Position numbers and translations under genes: made by a program
The notes under the pieces: generated by a model
Seen by the model: only the letters and a program-made list of their open reading frames with translations
What the model was told of the DNA's origin: nothing
Database searches by the model: none
Shown here: positions 13,183-25,660 of the stretch, one piece after another
Position numbering within the stretch: position 1 is the stretch's first letter
Layout of the letters: each line of letters opens with the position of its first letter
Source of the DNA: Marsupella aquatica
Lineage: Eukaryota > Plantae > Marchantiophyta
Assembly: GCA_973895155.1 (NCBI GenBank)
Contig: OZ316893.1
Location: 20,588,857 to 20,652,856, forward strand
Length of the DNA stretch: 64,000 bases
Direction: 5' to 3'

Positions 13183-16100
13183 TCACGAAGACGTTGATAC
13201 CGGTTTACCTCTCTTGGGACTGAAACAGCCCGTGATAAGACCTTTAATGTGACCGACTGCTGCCTTTGCCTTGACTTTCTTCTCATTACTGCTTGTACTT
13301 CTAGAAGGAGCCATGCCTTCTGTCTGAGCCTGCAAATGCCGTTCAGTCAAGTATCGTTCATCATCAACTGGCTTACGACAGATTTATCTTCGATTGTCAC
13401 CTCGAAGGTGTGCAATTATAAACCAAACAAAATAATGTTTATTGAGCGTCTCAAATCTTTCATTACCTATGCCGAATCGTGGTGTCATTCTTTTCGAAGA
13501 CTGGGTAGGACAGATAGCACAATAGAAGGGATCCAGGGTAGTGCCCTGGTCTATTTTATATCAAATCCTCAAGTCTATATCACAGACTTTCGTCACCAGA
13601 ATCGAAAGGGAAAAGATTCACACACAGATAAGAGGGACGACCATATTTACTGTACTTTTTCTGATCTCCGTGGCTGATAATGCTCTAAAGGATTACCTAC
13701 TTGCTATCAAGGTGTCTTAAAAAAACAAAACAATGATCTCAAACTTACATTCCAGGATTGATAAAGAAAGCACGAAGAACAGAAGCCACGGACCACTGCT
13801 AGGCTTTGGAAAGAGGCGGGAAGAGCTAAATTGGCCTTGGGGAAAGATAAGGCAGTTTGTAAAACAAATCCCCCGATCCCTTGATAGAGACAAAAGCGGA
13901 CCACAAAAGACGGAAGTCGCGAAACCCATTCATGAAAATTGGAACTGTGCTTATATCCATTCACATTCAGCACAAAACTTACCGGGAGATCTTCTGGCGA
14001 TTTCTCCTCCGTGGTGGGTTTGATAGGGTCCTGCCCAGCCTTGGAAGCCTCTTCGTGCACCTGTCCAGGTGTGTTGTCACCCTCTGCTGCGGATGGAGAC
14101 CAATCTCGTGTTTGGCTTTCAGCTGGTTTTGAATCTGGTTCCGAGGCTAGGTCTTCTGCAATTATGGGAGTTGACTGGCCATTGCTGGGCGAAGTGTGGT
14201 GCTGTAAAAGCCACGACACATAATTCAGTTATGCACCATCGTTGCCAAAGCAGGAGGGACTGTTATTGCCTCAATCCCACATCTTGACAATTCAGATGGG
14301 AACGGAGAGTGCCCAGGAACAGTATCAGCAGCGAAGGACGAAGTCGCCGATTCTGGCGTTACTTCTCAGAGGTGAACGAAGAAACGCTTGTTGAAATGAT
14401 TTACCACATTTAAATAATACGCAAGCTTTTCCTCAAGCGCTGTAACGCGGTCCAGGAGTGTGCCTTTCGATCCAGTCTCCTCCAGGACATGCCTCGCTGA
14501 ATGTCTGATAGGTCTATCAATAGCTGACGTGGGTGTCGGATGTCCTCTCGACGTAAAATCTACCCTTGGGCTTTGCCTGCTTTCGTGTTGAGCCAGCTGT
14601 GAATCACACCGCAAGTCATTGCTTAGTTTTTCAATTAAAATTATGCACTAAAGATTCGTTCTACATTTAAGAATATGTTCCAGCTCCGCATTTTAGAGCG
14701 AATTAACCAACGAGATCTTGAATCTGTGGAGCCCCATCAGTATTTTTCTGAGGAGAAATGAAGGGAACAATGCTATGGCCAACAGGCAATGACCGACCTT
14801 GACCTGTGAACACAAGCGTTGGATTATAAGCAAGCTTCAATCTCGATGAACATTATCTTCGTTGGTGTGGCAAGCTTCAATCTCGATCAACATAATCTGC
14901 GTTGGTGTGGCCCCGAAGAGCAGGAAGCCTTAATTTCCTTTCTTCCACTTTTAGGGACGTACGTTCTCAGCTGAATATCCTTCTCACCCAATCAATATTC
15001 CAGCGGAGTGAATCGCAGCCAATTGCAGGCACACGCGGAGACTCCACAGACCCACCCAGAAAGAAGCATGAATTACTCCAGGACCAGAAATCAGAAAAGT
15101 TATGTCCTCGCTCCTTTATCTTCACCCAGTAACGCTTGGAGAACTCAGGGAAAGCCTTTAGGTTTAAAGTGGGTAACGAAACAAGAGAAAACAGAATGAA
15201 TTCGCGAAAGAGCGAGAAATTGAGTACCTTTTGTTCCAGCTGCTCCACTCGCTGCATTAACGGGGAGCCTCGAGGCGTCGTTTCCTCAGCAGTATCCTCC
15301 TCACCAGCAGCGGCTGCTTCTCCCTGTTTGGGAATGTATACGCTCAAACTTGGTTGCGTCTCCAAAGCAAATATATCGCCTTCTGCTTCTTTCTCATCAA
15401 CTGCATCCTCCTTCACTGGAAGGGATGATTCTTCCTCAGTTTTTGCTTCCTTGTGTGTTTCTTGTGGAAGGTGCTCGGTTGTCTCCTGTCCAGCTCTTAT
15501 TGGTCCCTGTTCTGGGGCAGTTAAGGATGAGATCTCTCGCGGCTCTTCTGTGCTCTCAGCAGTCCTCTCCGACAGTTCTGGCATGGTCTCCTCTGATGCG
15601 CTTTCTGGAAATTCTTTCGACATCTCAGAAGTAACTGCTGGAAATTCTTTTTCTTTCACTTCCGAAGACGGCAATTCGGCCTCTTTGGGGGAATCGTCTG
15701 CAATTCCCTGCTCCATAGGTTCGGGGGTCTCTGTTGTGGCATTTTCACGTGGTTGAGCACGGCCGCTCACTTCCTCGAGAGCTTCTGGGCTGTATTCTTT
15801 TGACGTACTTCGACCCTCTGTCTCCTTTGGAGCTTCCTCAACCCCGACTTCTCGATCCTTTTCCGGCCTGACATTAGTCGCAGCTGCATTTCGGTTTGTT
15901 ATTTCTTGCTCTGCAATGTCGGCCGGCGGAAAAGCTCGAGGTTCTTGTTCGTGAGCCTTCTCAAGAGACTTGTGACCATCGTTGAAGTCCTCGGAATTGG
16001 CAGAAGTGGCACCTGTGCTGTCTTCCTCTTTGGGTTGGCTTTCCAGGGGCGATTTTACAAATGGTTCCACATGTTTCAGCACAACGCCCCAGAAAGATGT

Positions 16101-17141
16101 CGACTTCGGTGACTCATCAGCTTCAGCAGGATGTTGTTCCTCAGGAGTCCGAACTTCGTGAGTCGCCTCGTGTGCGTTCTTGGGTTCTTCTGCTTCTTTT
16201 TCCTCAGTTGGGATCGGTTCCCCTGCATCTGCCCCAGAATACTTTTCTTTGCTTGTAACCTCTGCATGTGGCTCCTCAGTGAAAGTGCTGTCCACCGCAT
16301 CTTGCCGTGATTCATTAACCACTACCTGTTCTGCCTTGGGCTCATTAGCCTCGCTGGGTTTGGGAGCACCGTCTTCAGTGCTCTGTGGTCCCATTGCCTT
16401 CTTCTCGGTGGTATCGACAGTGTTTGGAATTGCGCCTGCAGCAAGCTCTGCTGCACTTGGTTGATCAGTCTCGGTGACATTCACAGCTCTGGGGACTGCT
16501 GCGCCAGCTATCTCAGTTGCATCATCAGCCTTTCCCTCAAGTTTGTGAGTTTCTTCTTCATCGACCGCTACCGCCTTCTCCTCGGTCTCTGGAGATTTCG
16601 ACGCTTCTGCTTTACCGACCTGTGTCTCTGGCTCATCGGTCTTGGAAATGTCCACTCCTTCAGCAAGCTCTGTCTTCGGCTCTTCAGCGTGGGCACTGCC
16701 CAGAGGCTTTGACGTGTCTTCCTCTGACACCCGCTCAAAAGGCTCTGGTTCCGCAATATCTGCAGACTGGGGTTTTGCTTCAACCTTTGCTCCCTTTTTC
16801 CCGGAGGATACGGGGATTTTGTCTTCTTTTGTCGTCCGGGCATCTGCAAAAGGTGCCGTCTCTTCGATCGCCTCTGTGTCGATCTTCCCATCTCCTTTGT
16901 CTTCTTCTCTCGGAATTGTATATTCGCCACCATTCTCCACTGGAGCAGTGACTTCAGGAGCCGAAGCGCTACCATTCAACGTAGGGTCTTCCTTTTTCTT
17001 GCCAACGATTTCAGCGAGGCTCTCAGAAGCTGGCAGCTCGCCGTTCTCCTTGACAACATCTTTCTGCGCAACGGGAGCTTCCTTTGCGTGTGGGTGGGCG
17101 TCTGTAACAGCTCCTACTGTTTCCTCATGTGGCTCCGCCAT
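13183..17141 (-). CDS. Large acidic, intrinsically disordered protein (~823 aa) with two short coiled-coil motifs (LMQRVEQLEQK, LLDRVTALEEKL); 4 exons
   Basis: Phase-0 GT-AG splicing joins 17141-15228, 14596-14405, 14201-13983 and 13329-13183. All exon lengths are multiples of 3 and the protein ends ...LITGCFSPKRGKPVSTSS*. Exon 1 is very E/A/P/K-rich. Confidence 0.75.
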
Positions 17142-20073
17142 GATTGACTGAATTCTCCTTGCCAGACAATCAATCGCCCCTGCTCAAGAGGATGCAAATC
17201 ATAGCAAAAGACAGCACCGTAAGAACGAAGCTCAGGCTATCATTAACCGAAAAACCCCAAGAAGAGAACGATCCATTCGAAAGTGTTCCCAAATTCAACG
17301 TTCAAGAAGAATTCAGTCTAGAGTGTTTAAAAAGTTCAACATTCAAGATCAGCCACCAATTGTCGTTGCTAGATTGCATGCCACCGACATTCAACCATAT
17401 GCAAGAAAATGGGTAAAACTCCCTAAAGAAGATCACTTGTTTTGCACAAAGAAAGAACGATCGCTCGCTAAAACCTCGAGATTCAATTGATGCACATTGA
17501 CTGGACAACGAGAGCCATAACATGAAGCAGGCCGACACGGAAAATCATTAAATCTAGCGTTGACGACCAAATCCTCTAGGGGATGATGCTGCTCTACAGT
17601 GAGCCATGCATGGAGGTTGTTTTGGCTGCAAAGCACCGACTGTAGAGAGAAGAAGCACACATGGCTCGATCGTAGCACTTCCAACTTCCAAGTGTCGTAA
17701 CTAGGACGGTACGCGATTTCCTTCGCAGCTGGATAAATGAATGCGGCCTGACTCCCTATGGGCTGGCCCTCCTTGCGCCATGGGGTACCCGTGCGCAATA
17801 GCAAGCCACTACTTGATCCGAGAGTGTGATTGGATTTGACGGTGGTGGTTCGAGGCACAACGGTAAACACAATGTAATGTAGTCACAATCTCATCAAGTA
17901 CAGCATTACCGTAAGAGTCCTTTGCCTTCAACTCAGCTGAACAGATTCACGCCTAAAAGCGATGCTCACTTAATTTTGAGTAAGCAAGGACTTACAGCCA
18001 ATTGGTTCTGATTCCCAGCGACATGAAAGAGAGAATTTGAAAAACAGCAAATTAAAATTGCTACCACACCATGTTTTTAAAGAGTCAAAATGATCTGTAC
18101 ACCATCCAGGTCGATCTTTCGAAAACTCACCCAAAATGCCTGTCCTTAGCTAAAGAACATGAGACCTCCATTCATCCTCCATCGACGCAGGGCAGAGCAA
18201 GTCACAGGTGGGAAATTGAGACGCACAGCTGTGGTTTTACACTGTGGCTGGCCTCCTACCACCTTGCAGGCATCGATTTTCACCAGCTGTTCTGTAATTC
18301 ACGACCCCACCATATACCGGTACGAACAGGTAGTGGGTCACCGTGTCATCGGATGCTTTGACATCGGACTCTTTTGACAGCTGACAAAAGGCAACCCAAA
18401 TTCAGCAAGCAGAAGGCAATTCTTCTCTCACAGCCAAACAAACCACTCTAAGTTTTACAATCACCATATTCTTCCCTCGACCTCTCTTGCTCTCTCGTCT
18501 GTGGTATTCACTGTGTACAGCAGGGCCATCGTTCAAACCTGTCAATTTATCGTCAGCTACAATTCATTGGTCGCTAGCTGGCGAGTCAGTCAGGATGTCA
18601 GACAGGAGGTGGCCACGGACGGACAGACAGAGCCATTTGGTGTGTATGTCCTGAAATCCCTTTCAAGCTCTCGTGATCTATCCTTTACACACCTGCTCAT
18701 GAGCTTTCCGCATCAACAGAAAGACAGAAAGGTACGGTGCTAGAAACCTCTGATGGAAACAACATGCAAGGGATTTCAGCCAGGATAAAAATACTCAGCA
18801 TTAATTCTTTCCCTTCTTTTCCAGGACAGGCCAAACCACCAGTGTTTGATTCAAGCATGTCCTTCTGTCCTCTCTCTAAGCCAAATTTCTCACTGGTGTA
18901 ATAGTTGACCATTACCCAACCCATCATTGACTCCCCTCCCTCACTGCAGCTTTTCTAGCTCCAATATCCAGCTATCGTAGCTGCCAATCTCGCATCCCCA
19001 CTTCGTCCCTACTTCTCCCACTGCAGCCGTTCTGGCTCCAATGCCGATCACCACCAGATCCCAATCTAGCAGTAGTAGAGAACCTGCCAATCCCCCATCG
19101 CCACTTCACCTGGCGCCGCAGTCAAGTTAGAGAATGGGACAGAAATGCCTCTATACTTATCTCCATCAATTGCAATAAAAACAACCTCTTTCACGTTTCG
19201 CTATGTGTGGCGATAATAAATTTAGCTGTTTAGCTGTTTCCACTCTGCAATCCTTTCTGCAATTTGAGGGGAAGTCAATGTCCCACCAGCCCAGCAGAGC
19301 GAAATACCACCCACTAGCAGCAAAAGGAGTTTGGATCCCGGAGATGACCATCCTCTTCACAGTACCGTGGTCGCTGCCACTACTCCTATGGCCAAGCTCC
19401 TGTCAACAAGGGATATCTGAGAAGGGAGACACGTAACTTTTAGTCTGTCTTGTGTCAGCAGCAGCGGCGGGGCTATGTTCCGGGCCACCAAGAATCTCCC
19501 ACGTAGCCTCTAGCCTTTATGCGTCGACACCACGATGATTGCCACTACTCAATTGACAACAGCGAGAAATCCTCCTTTTTATCTCGAAGACTACTCTAGT
19601 AGCTTGTGGATTTCCTTCCCCTCGCGCATTGACAACGGATCACAACAATGCATGTCAAAACTTGATACATGGTGTCTCGAAGGTTTCTCGTCAACTTCTC
19701 CACGGACTATCGCTCTTTTCTCTCACGGAATTCAATAATGTAGCGTTTCCGTTAGAACGGTCATACGTCCAGTTTCCTATTGCCGTCTTTTCGAGTAGAA
19801 TTTATTCACCAATATTAAACGTCTGACGACGCACCGTAGCTCATTAGAATCAGACTGATACAAGCTTTGCAACGAGCCCACCATCTCCTGGTTCCCATAA
19901 AAAATCACAAAGTTATGAGCCAAAAAGCACTACCGGTGGCCTACTACTTTCGATGCAAGGTTAATTCACGGTTACTGGGAGAATATTCATGCAAGGGTAG
20001 CACTTTCCATTGCAATTTATTGTCAAGATAAAATTCAGTTTTAACAGGTCCTATATTGTTTTTAATGCAGTTA

Positions 20074-21374
20074 CACTCTTTACAGTATTTAGTGTCATGA
20101 AACAATTAGTGTCACACACACTAATTAGGGGTAGCCCTTGATTTTCAGCCAAATGACACTATTTACTGTCACCCCTAATTTTGAAAAATAAATTAATATA
20201 TTGAAAAATATTGATAATTAGAGGTAACAATGTTATTGGTGGTAACCCTAAACTGGACCCACTCCAATGTTGTCCGGAGTACCAATAACATTCTCTTTGT
20301 GTGTATGTTCTTAGAAAGTTTCTTTGTGTTTCAGCTTGTCACTTTGTGAAAGGAGGTTGACAGATTGATAACATGGCGGGAATGGATTGACCATCATAGC
20401 TGGATTTGCTAGACCAAGTGAAAGAGAATGCAAGAGAGAATCAAGACTAATGTCATTGGTAATTAATCTGCATCGCCTTTGGCTTATCCTTGCTACACTT
20501 CAAAAAATGAGAAATGAAGACCCAAAAAATGTGGGGACTGGGACACATGATACATCTGGGAAATTGATAAATTCAGGCAAACATTCATTGGTTTTTGACA
20601 TTGACAAGGGACTTTGTAGCTTAGCTGAATAGTTATGTTCATAGACATGACATGTCTTGTGCACAATGATAAACACAGGTTTGTCTCTAAATGTGAATGG
20701 TGCATAGTCTGAAAATGAATTGACACCTGAACTTTAGAATATCATAGCAAAGTATCGAGTGAATTTTGAAGGGAATCGAGTTGGCCTTGAAATTGATGCT
20801 ACTGTTGAAGTGGCTCCTGATGTTGGTGAACCAGGTGAAGAGCCAGCTCAACACACTTCTCTTGGGGCTGAACGCCATCTTGCAAGGATGAAACACAGGG
20901 GACAGGTTGTAGGAGAGTGAAAAGTATGTTACTTTGTAGCTTATGTGAGATAACATGTGTTATTCATAGTTGATAGATTTGAAGTGAATCAAACAGATCT
21001 TGTTTGCACCATGTGGTTGAGTACCCCAAACTGCAATTTTGTGCTATGTGAGAAGGAGTTATAAATTTATGAAGTTTGTTTAATGTTTGAGTAGTATATG
21101 GAAGGAGACAAGTTTATGAAGTCTTCTCGATGTTTGAGTAGTAAATTTTGTAAACTGTAATCAAATATAATTGTGCACATTTAAAAAAAAATTATTTGCA
21201 AATTTTGACTCTCATCCCTTGTATTTGTTTTAACTTAAGTATGTGTGACACTATTTGACATGTGACTACAATTAGTGTCATACCATATATGTCACACACA
21301 CTAATTACCGTCACTTACCTCAAATATAACCTCATAGTAATTAGAGCGTGTGAGACTAAATACTGTAAAGAGTG
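20074..21374. mobile_element. Non-autonomous TIR DNA transposon with CACTC...GAGTG termini and TA target-site duplication
   Basis: TA|CACTCTTTACAGTATTTAGTGTCA at 20074 pairs with TGAGACTAAATACTGTAAAGAGTG|TA ending 21374 (24-bp TIR, 1 mismatch). Subterminal GTCACACACACTAATT / ATTAGTGTCA motifs occur at both ends, and the interior holds a stop-riddled ORF remnant. Confidence 0.8.
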
Positions 21375-21534
21375 TAGTTTGTGGGATTATTTGTTTTCTT
21401 ACGGTTCCGCTTCCGCTCATGACTGAAATTAAAGTAATCCTCAGTTTGACCGCCAGGTTGTTTTGGACAAATAGTGAAGGAGGTATTGTGTGATGCAAGC
21501 AAACACATTTTTTTTGCAAGCCAGGAACATTGTT

Positions 21535-21716
21535 AGTGAGTGTCAAGTGCGTCGTTTCATTTTTGCTGACTTTGTATTTGTAGTGCATTTCTTGTGAGTG
21601 AGTGTCAAGTGCGTCTTTTCATTTTTGCTGACTTTGTATTTGTAGTGCATTTCTTGTGAGTGAGTGTCAAGTGCGTCTTTTCATTTTTGCTGACTTTGTA
21701 TTTGTAGTGCATTTCT
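21535..21716. repeat. Tandem repeat, 62 bp x3
   Basis: TGTCAAGTGCGTC(G/T)TTTCATTTTTGCTGACTTTGTATTTGTAGTGCATTTC starts at 21541, 21603 and 21665. Confidence 0.92.
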
Positions 21717-23357
21717 AAGAGTACATATGGCTAGGGAGTTAGCTAGCCATAAAGAATTCCAATCTGGGTTTAATTAGCCAGGTTAAAGATAGTTAGGGTG
21801 ATATAGATCAAGCATTCTTCTCCATGAATGCACTTCAAAATACAAAGAGAAAAATCACAAATATCGTGCAATTAACCTGATGATCCCGGCCTACAATCGG
21901 GTAAGTTGCAGCGAGCGAGCAAACAAGAAGAAATTTGTGTTACAAGGAACAAACCCCACTTCACTAGTAAATTTAGTCCCTAACTATCCAAATCCTAACT
22001 CACTATCTAGACTCCTTAATGGAAGGAAAGAGGAAAAGAATCAAACAAAAACCAGGAAGACCAAAGGGGCCCCTCAACCCCAAGAGTCCCAAACAACCCA
22101 AATTAGTTCATGGACCCCTTGGCTAATAGAATCAGGGGGAAGAGTCGACCTGAGCCGTCTCCATTTCTTATCTCCGGAAATCTTGTCCGTTCATCATAAT
22201 GGCCAATCTATGGCTCAAAAGAAAGATCTCAAATAGATCTATGGATGGGTTCTGTCCGTTTTGCAAATGGGTTAATATTTTTCAAATGAAAAATTAAATA
22301 AATCCAAGTCTTCCTAGCCATCGATTTTGTTGATTTTATGATCTTTGCCGTCCATTTTGTAACGTCTCTAGAAATCTTATTCATCCATGTTAGAAGGCAA
22401 TCTAGGGTGCAAAAGAAAGATCTCAATGAGTTTTGGGTATTTTTTGTTTTGAGAATGAGTAAATAGTTTTGGGTATAAAATTCGATGAACTTTCAAGATT
22501 CCAGCCATTCCTCCTCCTCGATTCTGGGTTTCTATGTGCTCTTCCCAGCATTAATGGCCGTACAATACGAGAGGTCCTTACATACCGGGAGTTGCAATTT
22601 AACAAGGAAGTTATCAAGTTAGTTATTAGTCATTATTTATTATATGAAAAATACTTTTTATAAATCTTTGAATTTAAGTTTTAAAATTGGAAATGTAACT
22701 AAAACGGTTACATAGTGACAGTTTTAACCGTCTTGCTCTTTGCATTTCCAATGTTTTTACTTTTATTTTACGGCACGACGTCCCAAAATTTACACCCAAA
22801 TTGACACAAACACGAATGAAAGCTATAAGTTTGATTCACAAAACCGACGAGTCTTGTTTGTTGCGGTTGTTGTTGACGTGGCACGCTGTGGTGCCAGGAA
22901 TTTTGGAAGGGACCTCTAGTGGGGTCCGTAAAGAACTGGTAGCCCACAAAGGAAAAGAGAAGACAAAAACCCTACTTGGTCTGCGGTGAACTGAAGAGCC
23001 TGGTAGAGCTATGGTGTAATTAAGCCACATAGTCCAAGAGTCACACAACTAAATCTGTTAATTTGGATGCCCTAAAACCTATAGCTGATTTGGGCCTACA
23101 AGAAATGTGAAAGCCTGAGTGAGCCCTTTGAAGTGTAATGGACAGTGTTTGTCTAAAGAAGATGGTGAAAGTAAAATAAGGGGATATATGGTCAAATGCA
23201 AGTTAGATAAATATTGGGGGCAAAAAGTATCTCCAATTCTCCACCCAAAAGGATTCTAGTCCTTCCCAATTCACAAGGGGTGGATGACTGAAGGTGTTAT
23301 GTACACCAAATGGCTAGGATTGGTTTGTTGAAATTGGAATGTTAGATCTTGCATGCC

Positions 23358-23745
23358 CTTGGGGGTTTCACTTCAATCCACCAAAATAGCACCGACATCA
23401 CCTGTGATGAAAAATATGGTCATTTTATTGGCTATAAGGGAAAACTTAAGAATTTCTCAAAATAACAATATATAAAGTCTTTTAAATCTTGGATTGTTGA
23501 CATTTATAAGAACATTAGAATATTTCAATCAATTTTTTGGAATATTCCAAAAATACATTCAAACTTGAAAGGGGCTAATTTTTTTGGTTTTTCTTACATT
23601 TTAGGGGGTCCAAGGCCTAAAAATGTTAAATACATTCCAACTTGAAAGGGGCTATTTTTTTAACTTTTTCTTACATTTTAGGGGATCCAAGGCCTAAAAA
23701 TGTCACATGTGATGGAGAGGTCTCCATATATAGAGAGGCCCTGAG
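23358..23745 (-). mobile_element. MITE (CTCGGGGGT-type TIR family) with 8-bp TSD TGCATGCC
   Basis: Flanked by TGCATGCC at 23350-23357 and 23746-23753. It is the reverse-complement homologue of the 42065-42361 element and carries an internal ~76-bp duplication. Confidence 0.8.
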
Positions 23746-23899
23746 TGCATGCCAAGTTTTTGGAAGTGTGTCCAACCTTTTTCAAAAGTGGTGTTCAATA
23801 AAATCTTAATGATATCTCAGTCCTTTTAATTTCCCTTTTAATTTCTCTTAGTTTTGAGCTAGTCCTTTTGCCCCCCTCAATCAATGTGCAATTGACCAT

Positions 23900-24400
23900 A
23901 GATGTAGCCTTCACTCACACAAACCGGTCAAAGCTGGGTGGAGAGCACCAACAATCTCCAAAAGAAAAGGGTAGAAAAGATTCTTAGAATAACAAGCAAC
24001 ATAGGCCTCCTCTTTCAGCTGGGCTGCCTTGGCTACAACATGGCCAGATACATCATGGGCAACAACAAAAACACGGGCAAAAACATGGCTGCCATTAGTA
24101 GGATCAATAACCATCACATTACCATGTGGCTACAAACTCCTTCCTTAGAAACAACCAGACCACCTTGTCTCTTTTCTAGAACACCATCCTACCCTAGGTG
24201 TAAAGCACATGATGTTGCTCCATAGCAGTTAGATGATACCCCAAGTCATGAGCAATGGCTGCTACCACATCCTTATATAATGTCATTGTGAGTTGCACCC
24301 CCATCACTCTTGTGCCCACACTTCAGAATATATATGTACTTGTAAGAAACCATCGACTTCAGACTAGACAGTAATGCGGAACATGAGAGAGACACTCGAT
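23900..24400 (-). pseudogene. Degraded non-LTR retrotransposon C-terminus (zinc knuckle plus restriction-like endonuclease, CRE/R2-type)
   Basis: The minus-strand peptide VIDPT...VVAKAAQLKEEAY...FYPFLLEIVGALH resembles the REL motif D..I.DP...AA..K...Y...F.P...E..G.LH. An upstream C/H-containing remnant is present and there are multiple stops. Confidence 0.5.
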
Positions 24401-24762
24401 CAGTCAGATGCAACATCGACAAGACACTCCGGGTGGAGAAACTCTTGAAGGATCCATAGCATATGAGAACCCTTATTTAGATAAAAGTGGAATTTTCAAT
24501 TCCAGAAATGCTTAAATGAAGTTTTACAAAGATATTACTGATTTATTTAATTCATTTAAATAAATAAATAAATAAATTTAAACCACCACGGGCCATATAT
24601 AAGGGGGAAGTGTCCAAGACTTCCATTTTCCCCCATTGTATTAACTCTTTTCCTCTAGTTTGAAAGTATGGTATGCTCCAGGACATCAACAAAAACCTGA
24701 TGGATCCAAGTTCAGTCACATGTGATAGGAACAATTTAAACAAAGTAAACCAAATTGAGTGT

Positions 24763-25095
24763 TTAACTTGAATCTACTCCTTTCATAAATGTTAGACTCT
24801 TTGCATGGCCTCTGCAAAGCCTCGGGTCTTGGTAGAAAACATACTAGATTACTTAGAGTAAAAGAATTAGTTAGTCAGGAACATCTTAGGTGGGTCACAC
24901 GCTTGGACACTTTTCTTTTGGATTGTGTCTTTCCTTGCTTGCATGGACCGCATCTTTTTTTGTCCTTGCTCATTGGGGCTCTCTCTCCGTCTCATAGGTT
25001 TGCATTTTGCTGCCTCTGTCTTTGTTGCCCTGTTGGGCCCCCCTTCCCATGGGTTTTTGCGGGTTTTATTCCCCCCCCCCCCCAAACAAAAAAAG
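24763..25095 (+). mobile_element. 5'-truncated retroposed (LINE-like) insertion with C-run/A-rich tail and ~20-bp TSD
   Basis: AAGTAAACCAAATT(G/A)AGTGT flanks the segment at 24743-24762 and 25096-25115. The segment ends CCCCCCCCCCCCCAAACAAAAAAAG. Confidence 0.55.
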
Positions 25096-25660
25096 AAGTA
25101 AACCAAATTAAGTGTCAAAACATACAATAAACCATGGTTCGTATTCTAATTTGTTGGTGAAATGCATATTCAATGCAATACACTGATAGTGAGTAAACAA
25201 AAAGTTTTCATTTAAATTGGTATCTACTGAATTTGAGAATTAATATTGGCTATAATACTCAATAAGTCCCAAGGGCCTAAAAGAAACTTAAGCCAAATTT
25301 TTTGCATTTAACACTAGTAGATCTCTACAAAATGACAAGTTTTATACTATGTGTATCTATTTTCGCATCAGACACTATGAATATAAAGACTGAATTTACA
25401 AGTATTATCGGGTGCTGCCAAAACTGAGTTCAAGAATAGAATTTTTGCTCTACAAGTAGACATTTTGGCATTCGACATTATGAAGTAAAATGAACATTAC
25501 AAGTAATCATTCATGAATATATAATGCAGTAATCAATCATTTCAATTTTTCACATAAATAATGTAACTTTTATTATCCAAAAAGAATACATTTGAATATA
25601 TTCTAAACACTACACCACACAAGCTGTGGTTTCTTTTACTACATTTCTATTGATACTGTC

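Noticed and set aside
15008-17151. Plus-strand ORFs opposite the acidic protein (likewise minus ORFs within 111-1784 and the plus ORF 27035-27553)
   Set aside because: They are antisense shadows of compositionally biased real coding sequences.
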